Positions 10,721-20,171 of a stretch of 64,000 nt of DNA are shown one piece after another (position 1 is the stretch's first letter; every line of letters starts with the position of its first letter). Below the pieces are notes generated by a model. That model was not told the origin of the DNA and did not search any database. It saw only the letters and a program-made list of their open reading frames with translations. This DNA comes from Podarcis gaigeae (lineage: Eukaryota). The position numbers and the translations under genes were made by a program. Where the stretch lies: NCBI GenBank assembly GCA_964106915.2, contig OZ066926.1. One strand, 5' to 3'.

Positions 10721-12678
10721 TTTTTCTTCAAGTAATGTTTATTGAGATTTTCCAGATGATGACAAAAACAAAAAGAAAAAATTAAAAAGAAAAAAACAAA
10801 TATCCAACAAAGAAAAACAAAAACACATAATGTTTAAAGAGCCTTATCTTCTTTCACCTTATTTCTCAGACCTCCCCCCCTCCCCTTCTTGCATTCCAAT
10901 TTATATTATCTGCTCAACAAGTTCTTATCATATTTCTCAACCTTAACTTAATAATTTCATTATTTAATACTATTTATTTTCTTCTTTCTTCCATTTCTCA
11001 ATTAATTTGAGAGCCTTATTTCTAATTAAAAGACCCCATTTTAACTTGATCTTAAACCTTTTTCCTAAAATCGACCCAAATTTCCCTTCCACAATTTCCC
11101 CACATTCCATAAAAATCACAAAAGTTATAAAAAGAAAAAAGAACTTAACAAAACTATATTTTAAGACCCTTTGGATTCCCAAGTCCCACCCTCCCTTTCC
11201 CGGTATGATCCCCAAACCAATGTCCATCAGTCCATCATTTCTCAGCCTGGATCTCAGATTTCCGAGGCTCTTAATGCTCTTTCCATTTCACTCTGCCGAA
11301 TTTTCTTCACCATCCTTTGTATTCAACACCAAATCTCAAGGAAGATCTGTTCCAGTAATGACCATTTTTCTTCCAGACAGGCCTCTAAGTTTAAAAGTGG
11401 AGCTCAAATTTTGTTCCTTAAATTTTTTAAATCTGTATGTCCCAAAAGCTCGAACTTCCATCTTGATCTCACTTGAACTAACAGGCCTCTGATCTGCCTT
11501 GATCTTCCACAACATTATGGCTTCACCTTCATTTTCCACCAAATTTTCCACCAAATCCTCATGTATCTCTTTTTCCACTTTTTCCACTTTCTCAAGTTTG
11601 TCGAATTTCTTTTGCCCAGCTGCAGCCACTTCTGTTCCAACTTCAAGGGCTTTTGGTTCCACGACAAAGACTTGTGTCAAGTCTCTTACTTTTCCAGCAA
11701 ATTTATTTACTGCTTCTTTCAATGTTGTCGCCCTTGTAGTCAAAATATTACCTTGATCCTGGATCTCTCCCTGTAGTTCCTGGAGCTCTCCCAGGAGATA
11801 AAATGTCCTGTTCAGCTCAATCAGTATTTTTCCACTTACAGCCATTTCTTGCAGTGTTCCACAACTCCCCTCTAGGGGGATTTTATTTACTTAGTATCTT
11901 TCCAGTTCCAATCCAAAAGTCCAATGTAGCTTATTTTTCTTTATTTCCAACAATTTGTATCCAAATTACAGAAAATCTAACCGGCAGTATCACCAGAAAC
12001 AACGGTTCCTTTTATTCCCCAGCTTTGACAGCTAATTTGACAGCTGTCAAAGTCTGTATCTTTTAAACAGGCTCTTTCACAGATCACTCCCGGGTCCCGT
12101 GGGGCTGCACTTTAACTTTCGAAACCAACTCTTATCCTCCAGCAAAATTAATTATAATGTCCAATCATGAAATTAATAAGTTTTCTCCACAAGGGACAAA
12201 GATGTTTCTCTCAACTTTAGTTCTCAAGTCCTTGCTTTAGGTTGTTTGCAAGGCGGGGGGGGGGGGGGACATCCTTTTTACCCCTTCCCCGGTCGTACCG
12301 AATTCCAAGACAAAGATACCTTTTTAAGTCCAATTTCCTTATTACTCACGGGTTGTTGCTTTTAGTCCGAATGATCAAGGGAAAAAGTCAGCGCTCTCCG
12401 TCCATGGCATGCGGCTTCACTCAGCAGGGTGAGCAGAGGACTCTCAGCACCGCGCCGCTCCCCGCTCCCCGTTCCGTAGCCTTTAAAAAGGCTCCTTCAC
12501 AGGTCGGGGGGGGCGTTAATGGTGCCCACCGAGTCACCACGTCCACAGGCATCCGCGCCTGTGGTTTTTAAGGGTCCCCGCGTCGCCGGTGCGGCAGGAC
12601 CCGAACCCTGTTGAGCCGATTCCCTCCGGAGCTCGGAGGGAATCCGCCATTAAGCGATGGCGCTAACCCGGAAGTCCC
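10721..12678 (-). mobile_element. Full-length non-autonomous poly(A) retroelement (HAL1/L1-like), copy 1
   Basis: 17-bp TSD tggaacgctttggtttt (10704-10720 / 12679-12695); GC-rich 5' end GGGACTTCCGGGTTAGCGCCAT; AATAAA (10738-10743) and A tail; no RT motifs; homologous to 30332-32044. Confidence 0.88.
11336..11845 (-). pseudogene. Coiled-coil-like ORF (169 aa) inside the retroelement, probably disrupted at its 3' end
   Basis: E/K/L-rich heptad-like sequence; blocks NRTFYLLG, ILT....TLKE and MEV..FGT.RF recur in frameshifted form in copy 2. Confidence 0.55.
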
Positions 12679-14364
12679 TGGAACGCTTTGGTTTTGGAAC
12701 GGACTTCTGGAACAGATTAAGTTTGAGAACCAAGGTACCACTGTAGCCCAGATGGACTCAGGCTTGAGGAGACTGAGGATTTGATTAAACCTGGTGAAGT
12801 GTAAAACAGCACAGGTGGCTTTTTGCTGGCAGGGTGTTGCAGAGGGATTAATCTATGAAAGTGTTTGCTATGGTTACCAGGTGAGAAGAAGAGTTTTGCT
12901 TAGAGGAAACACCAAGCCTTCATTACAGAGAACTTTTGACACAACAAGCTATCTTGTGCTAGCCATTTTCCCACCACCCAGCCCTCCTTGCCTGCTTGTA
13001 AGAGAAGTCTGAGACCCACAGCTTGTAAATCAAGGCCAAAAGAGCAAGATGCACTGCATCCTTCCTTTGAGAAAAAAACTATGAGCTGTTTCAAATCTCT
13101 GTGCTGGAAAGTGCCTTGGCAGTCAGGGTTTCCAGTGTGTTTATCCAAGGCATACACCCAGAAAAGCACCTGTGCTGTAAGTCATACATTATATGACATG
13201 TGAATCAAAGGCACGTTCCTTCGGTGCTGCATTTCGGAAGGAGGAAACTGACTGGGGTTTGGGTGGGTGGCTGAGGCAAACATAAGTGCAACCGTGGAGC
13301 AGGGAGGGCTCTAAATTCAGTGTTTGGCACCCAGGCGGACTGTCTTTCTCCCAAGCAAACAGAAAGGGAAGAGATAGTATCAGAAAAACCAGTATTGCTG
13401 ACAAAAGAGAAAGATCAGCATTGCTGACATGTGAATCCCATACACTGCCACCTTTGGCGTAATTCACCGCATAATCATCAAACACGCCTTTTTTGGAAAG
13501 CAAAATCGTCATTAAAAATGTGACAATTATGCGGTGAATTATGGTACATCCTACAACATTGGCCATTGGCCAAATAGGCAGGCAAGCTGTGATCCACTTC
13601 CTAGGCCTAGGTGAAGCTGAAAAGGGTTCACCCAGGCCCAGGAAAAACCCCTTGCCTCCAGCACAACTGCTGGATCCAGGAGAGGCATTGTCACCGTCCC
13701 ATAACAGTGCCCAATCTGGCTGTAAGCATCATTACACAACAGATGAAGCATGTACACATGGTTTTTCAATTTTTCTTCTCTTCTTTCTTTAGGCTTCCAC
13801 CACCATTTTTATTCTTTGCCCCTCAATTGCACCTGAGGTTACTACGCCCCCCTGGATGACCCCCCCCCCAGGAATGGGAAACACTGATCTAGTGTAAGCT
13901 GTGTGCAAGCTCAGGATTTCTTCACTTATAATTATTTATCCCCTTATGTAATGATTATGTGCATTTCAGGACAAAGTTAGTTAATTTGTAAATGCTCATA
14001 GCGTGAAGTACTTAGGGGTTGGCCATGACGTTAACAAGTCTGTAGTCCTATCTTTAGACATAAAAATGGAAGGCTGTCTTCTTCTAGCCCCCATTTCAGG
14101 ATTATTGTGCCCCATCACAGTACTGTATTTGCATGAACCTGGGCCGGGAAGGGCACCAGAAGTGAAGAGAAGTTGCAGAATAGTAATGGGCATGGCATAG
14201 GAGTGAGAAGGGAAGGGACACTTATAGGGAAGAACGCTGCCTTGAGTCCCATCAGGGGAAAAGGCAAGGTATAAAGAAATACATAACAACAATAAGTGGT
14301 GGCATGAGAATGAGGTTGAAGATGAAAGCAGGGGCCTGAAAGGGTCTGAAGAATTGGAGGGGGT

Positions 14365-15030
14365 TGTTGGCATCCGTCTGTCTTGAGAGACAATGGAGTC
14401 CGCCTCCAGGGGTGAAGTCAAACTGCTGTATTAGCAGCAGTGAAGTGACTTCCCAGGGTGCAAGCCTGGGCAGTGTGTATGGAGGTCCTGAGATGCCCAG
14501 ACAACAAGACACCCCCCCCCGCTTGGCCTCACTGCTGTGGCCCAAAGGAAAGCAGAGCAATACAGTGGTACCTCGGGATCCGAACGGGATCCGTTCCGGA
14601 GCACCGTTCACATCCTGAATAGAACGTAAGACGCGACGGCGCGTCTGCACATGCTCTGGTTGCGTTTTGCCACTTCTGTGCATGTGCGTGATGTCATTTT
14701 GAGCGCCTGCGCATGCGTGAGCACCGGAACCCAGAAGTAACGCACTCCATTACTTCCGGGTTGCTGCAGAGCGCAACCCGAAAGCGCTCAACCTGAAGCA
14801 CATTCAACCTGAGGTATGACTGTACAGTACATTTGGCACCAGCTTGGCTGCAGGAGTTGCTGCAAGGAGGTGTACAAGGCACCATCAAACCATCTTAGGG
14901 GCTCTACATTTGTGTAGTGTTTACTCCTTAGCCTTTTCTTTCCCCAAAGATGTCCTGCAAGGCAGTGGAAATTTAGGATCCTTTCCCTAGATTGGCTACT
15001 TCCCCGGGTTGATGAGCTCCATCTGCTCAT
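14365..15030 (-). mobile_element. RTE-clade related interspersed repeat, interrupted by MITE B
   Basis: Recognised squamate repeat text (gagagacaatggagt...aaaggaaagcagagcaata|...tttggcaccagcttggctgcagg); boundaries, strand and clade approximate. Confidence 0.5.
14563..14822. mobile_element. pogo/Tigger-like MITE family B (CpG-rich)
   Basis: TA-CAGTGGTACCTC...GAGGTATGACTG-TA; homologous to 35597 and 44645. Confidence 0.88.
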
Positions 15031-15493
15031 TGGAAGGGGCGTGGCTTCATAATCGGGCAGAAGGTGAAAATGGTACACATTAGCTGTAATGTGTGGGAAG
15101 AGATTACCATGGGTTTTTTCTGTGTGTAGGAGGCTGCACAAAAAAAAAATGGGAGAGGAGGCACAGACTTGAGGATTGAAGGTGAAAACAAGGGTGCAAA
15201 GTGGGGCTGCAGATAGTGGCAGAGCTTCCTGCTCTGGCACTGGGGGGGCGGAGAGGAGGCGGGGGCATGGCTGGTGCGTGTCCCAGGGGCATGGCGCATG
15301 TCCTGGGTGCGTGGTGCGCCGCCTGCAGGGGCGTGGTGCTCAGCATGGGTGGGGGCAGCTGCGATGGCACACCACCAGGATCACGCTGCTGGGGGCGGTG
15401 CACTCCCCCTGCACCCCTCTTCCTCTGCCAGTGGCTGCAGAACAGAGAATTGGCTCTAGAAATGGGGTGTGAAGGTGGAAAGCGAACTTAGTA

Positions 15494-15733
15494 CAGTGGT
15501 ACCTTGGGTTACATACGCTTCAGGTTACACTCGCTTCAGGTTACAGACTCCGCTAACCCAGAAATAGTACCTCGGGTTAAGAACTTTGCTTCAGGATGAG
15601 AACAGAAATCGTGCTCTGGTGGCGTGGCGGCAGCGGGAGGCCCCATTAGCTAAAGTGGTACCTCAGGTTAAGAACAGTTTAATGTTAAGAACAGAGCTCC
15701 AGAACGAATTAAGTATGCAACCAGAAGTATCCC
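15494..15733 (-). mobile_element. MITE family A, inverted, right end decayed
   Basis: Reverse complement of the 62119 unit. Confidence 0.85.
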
Positions 15734-17828
15734 CGGAAGCTCCTTGGGGTAGGAAGGAGAAACTAGGGGTTAATATGAGGTGAATGGCGGGGGGGGGGGA
15801 GTGGAGAGAGCAGGGGTGCAGCTGTGTGCGTGTGTGTACGTGCGCGCACACCTACTTTCTAGTCTACCCCAATGCAGAAAACCACACTAAATCAACACCA
15901 TAATAAAATTTTTCAAAATTCAGAAATTTCAAAGCCCACCAATACATTTGAATTTAAACAATTGTAAAGCGGTTTCCAGTCACAGCAGTAAACAATAAAA
16001 CATGTGCATGACCACAAGGTGAGCTATTGGCTTTAGGTGGTGCTGAAAAAATGTGCTTAGCTGGTTAGAGCAGCTGTAACATATGAGAGTTGTTTGCAGG
16101 TGGGATGCATTCCTGGTGGAAGCTGGCACTGGGGTAAGGAGGCTTGAAACATGGAGCAAACGGCTTGCAGAAACCTTCCCTGCAGCTTCTGCATGGCAGC
16201 CTTAACATAAGATATGTTCCTTACTATAGTGGAGCAAAGACTGCTTCTGGAGAGGAGAGGCCAACCAAGGAGTGGAGCATGTCCATGCTTGCTGGGTCAG
16301 GGTGTCATGGAAAGAACTGTGGTGTCGGATGTCCCAGGGAAGGAAAGATTTGGAAGCTACTACAGGAAATGTTTTAGTTTGTCAAATGTTCTTGTTGGCT
16401 GCAGCTGGGAAGAAAATTAAGAAATAATCTCTGCCCATTTCCTAAAGGCATTAACATAAGAATGCAAACTATCTCCAAAATATATTCCTATTTTATTTTA
16501 TTTTTAAATAGTACACTAGAATAGCTTTGTAGGACAACTCTGTGGGTACAGTTTCCCATGGTATGATTTAAATACCATGCATCTATTGAATTCTGCAAGA
16601 TTATTCTGAATTTTTTTACATTATGAGAATGTGCTGAAAGCTTTTAAAGTTTGAAAATTCTGATCTCACGCAATGGCCCTTTCTGATTATTAACTATAAA
16701 AACCAAACATATTTTTTTTTTGGGGGGGGGGGGAACGGTGAAGAGCCGAATGAAAAAGGGGAAAGAAATAACATAGTTGTTGGAGAAAGTTAGTTCCATG
16801 TGGGTTTACTAGAAATTTTGAGTAAAAAAAGTTATCCTGTACTAAATTATGTACTGTCATGGATGCTTTGGCTGAGTTTCCTGCATTGCAGGGGGTTGGG
16901 CTAGATGACCTTTGGGTTTCCTACCAACTCTACAGTTCTGTGATTTTATGAAATTCTTGGAGATTTGATTTGACATTTTATTTGACTGACACTTAGGAAA
17001 CAAAACTAAGTATGTATGTATAGATTCTTTTTTCCGATAAACAGAATCAATTACTTTAATATAAACTTTATGAAAAAATGATTTAATTATATTTCTACCA
17101 AATCACTGGCTGTGGGTAACTTATCTGTAGATGTTTTCTAATTGCATGTCTCTTAATATTAGCGTAAGATACTTCCCTGTAGTAGGGGGCCTTAGGTATT
17201 TTGTGTGTCCATGAAGGACAGAGTCCAAGACAGTCCAAGCTTTTTCAGAGGCCTCAGTTGCATTTCCAGCTATTTCATGCTGGTGGACACAGATGACCCC
17301 AGGAAGCCTTAAGAGATTAGAATTATTTCTTCTTCTGTACAGCCCACCAGAGACATTCAGGAGAGAAGCTGGCAATATAAAACGTGACAAACAATGCTTT
17401 GAGCTGGTACCAGGATCTTGGGACAGGTAACTAGAGGGCGGGTGTGGTCCTAGATAGCAATATGTCTTTTATTCCTCCAGATGTTTAGGACAAAGCTTGA
17501 GCAGGGAGCTTATTGCGGCGCAGAGCCAATAATGGAGGTATATAGCTGCAGCTATTCTTTGGACCAGACGGTTAACTGAGCCCTGCTTTTAGGCTGTAAC
17601 TTCCTTCCTCTGATCTGCTAGCTTGGCAGGTTTAGGAACTGACTCACAGGACACCTGGGTCTTAATGTTTCCTAGCCATGAAGTGCAGTATGAAGAGACA
17701 TGGCCTGCCAAAAGAATAGACTTTAGGACTGAGGCAAATAATTGACAGAGGGCCCTGCAGAAATAAAACCTTTCTAACTAATGGATCTGGCATGTTGTGC
17801 AATAATTTTTTAAGATGAGAAATTTCTA

Positions 17829-18007
17829 TAAGAGCTGTTTGACAGTGGAATTTGCTGCCAAGGAGTGTGGTGGAGTCTCCTTCTTTGGAGGTCTTTAAGC
17901 AGAGGCTTGACAACCATATGTCAGGAGTGCTCTGATGGTGTTTCCTGCTTGGCAGGGGGTTGGACTCGATGGCCCTTGTGGTCTCTTCCAACTCTAGGAT
18001 TCTATGA
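17829..18007 (+). mobile_element. CR1 3' fragment
   Basis: Near-identical to 7800-7980. Confidence 0.92.
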
Positions 18008-18807
18008 TAATGCTTAGATATTCTTTCCAGCTGGTAGTACTAGCCGTGGTTTATCTGAGGGTTTTCCTTATAGAATCCATTTGAAATAGTCCCATGATTT
18101 AAAAACAACATCCATGCAGTTAAGTTTCAGAAAAAAGAAATTTTGCATTGCAGTTGTAAAGGTACAGGTTTGTGTGTGTTTCCTTATTGCCTTTCTTAGT
18201 TCTGAAACAAAAACATACCTTAGATCAAGAGGTAAAGCTGCATGGTGATTTTTTTTTTAAAAAAATTGCAACTAAAAGGAAACAGTTTCTCCAGTTCTCT
18301 GTGACTTACACTTCAGTTTTTAAAATCAACATGCAAATGACAAGACAGAGGTCCATTTCAGTTGGTGCAGCAAACCATAGTTTGTGGTCCATAAATAAGC
18401 CAGCATTCCATTATGCAAAGCGGGGAGGCCTGAGGTTCCTGCCAGCTTGTTTGTGTAATGAATGAGAAATGTTCTAGATGAAAGTTTAATGTTTTAAATT
18501 GCATACGTGTCCATTACATGTTGAGAATGCCATTAATTTATTTTTAGGGATACGTGAACATTGTTCCTTTTTTATTTTTCCTGCTTTTCCGTCCCATGCT
18601 TTCATATTCCCCATTTTTAAAGACTTGGCTATGGCACACAAGAATTTGTGTGTCCAGCAGTTAATATAATCAAGCAGGCAAAAAACACCCCTATGGACCT
18701 GACTGGCAAACCACTGTGGTGCTAGTATACTTAATCAAAGTCTCTTATCTGTCATCCAGTTGCTGCTATAGAATAATGAATTAAGTGATTTTACATACAG
18801 TCTAATG

Positions 18808-19049
18808 CATGGGTAGGCAAACTAAGGCCTGGGGGCCGGATCTGGCCCAATTGCCTTCTAAATCTGGCCCGTGGACGGTCCAAGAATCAGCGTGTTTTTA
18901 CATGAGTAGAATGTGTGCTTTTATTTAAAATGCATTTCTGGGTTATTTGTGGGGCATACAAATTCATTCATTCCCCTCCCCCCCCAAAAAATAGTTCAGA
19001 CCCCCACAAGGTCTGAGGGACAAGGCCTGAAAAAGCTTGCTGACCCCTG
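18808..19049 (+). mobile_element. hAT (Charlie-like) MITE
   Basis: Same family as 4994; 8-bp flanks gtctaatg / gactattg (6 of 8 match). Confidence 0.85.
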
Positions 19050-19199
19050 GACTATTGTCACATTATCTCAGGTGTATAATTTAATTTTTTCCAAGTTATC
19101 TTGAGCTTTAGGATTTGCTTCTAGGTTGGGCTGAGGAAGCACTGTAGTTCTGGTTCTTTCTGGGGAAGCATCCCAAGTGGTGCTGGGGAACTGTTGCTC

Positions 19200-19810
19200 T
19201 GTTGGACTGTGGGGTACCTCAGAGATCAGTTTTGTTGTCCATGCTCTTTAATGCCTCCATGAAACTGCTAGGAAGAAGTCACCCAGAGGTTTGGGCTGTG
19301 GTGTCATCAGTATGGCATAGGCGTTCTGCTCTACCTCTCATTTCCATCTTCTGATCCAAGGGGGCTGTAGAAGTCCTGAACTGGAGCTTGAAGGCTGTTC
19401 TGGGGAGAATGAGGGCAAACAAACTGAGGTTAAATCCATACAAGATGGAAGTACTATTGAGTGCAGCGTGGGGGGCAATCACCCGCTTCAGAAGGAGATT
19501 TGCAACTAGCCTTAGATAGGGTTGCACTCTCCATGGAAAACCCAAGTGTGTAGTTGGAGTGTGTTCCTGGATTTTGCACTTACTTGGGAAGCTCAGGTGG
19601 TGGCAGTGACCAGGAGTGCAACTCACCAACTTCAGCCGTGTCTGGAGAGGTCAACACTGATTCCAGTAATCCATGTTCATGTCACGTCCTGGCTTGACTA
19701 CTGCAAAGAGCTCTCTGTAGGGCTCCCTTTAAGGACTGTTTGGAAACATCTGCTGGTTTAGAATGCACCCACCCCCTTAATGGGGGCTGGGTGGTCTAAT
19801 CATGTGACAT
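19200..19810 (+). mobile_element. Degenerate L2-clade LINE RT region
   Basis: Decayed GVPQGS, GCHQY and VTSWLDYC..L.VGLPL remnants collinear with the L2 at 57810-58841. Confidence 0.7.
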
Positions 19811-19820
19811 CATTATTGTA

Positions 19821-20171
19821 AAAAAAGAAAAAAGAAAAAAGGTAAAGGACCCCTGACAGTTAAGTCCAGTCGCAGACAACTTTGGGGTTGCGGTGCTCAT
19901 CTCCGTTTACAGGCTGAGGGAGCTGGCGTTTGTCCACAGACAGTTTTTCCGGGCCATGTAGCCAGCATGACTAAGCCGCTTCTGGTGCAGTGGAACACCA
20001 AAACCAGAGCAGCACATAGAAACACTGTTTACCTTCCCGCTGGAGCAGTACCTATTTATCTACTTGCACTTTTTGGCATGCTTTCGAACTGCTAGGTTGG
20101 CAGCAGCTGGGACCGAGCAATGGGAGCTCACCCCATCGAGGCTGACCCTAGGCTCAGTGGTTTCATCCCCA
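19821..20171 (-). mobile_element. Sauria SINE (older, internally deleted)
   Basis: Core tacctatttatctacttgcac...tttcgaactgctaggttgg; 12-bp TSD atcattattgta (19809-19820 / 20172-20183). Confidence 0.9.

Larger units (their letters stand above)
10282..12743. mobile_element. pogo/Tigger-like MITE family C (~490 bp), split by a 1.96-kb retroelement
   Basis: Perfect 22-bp TIRs CAGTGGTACCTTGGTTCTCAAA / TTTGAGAACCAAGGTACCACTG with TA flanks. Confidence 0.9.

Noticed and set aside
15104-15491. Overlapping GC-rich ORFs or a CpG-island promoter
   Set aside because: Low-complexity translations in several frames with no splice-consistent link to the gene; flanked by repeats and likely repeat-derived.
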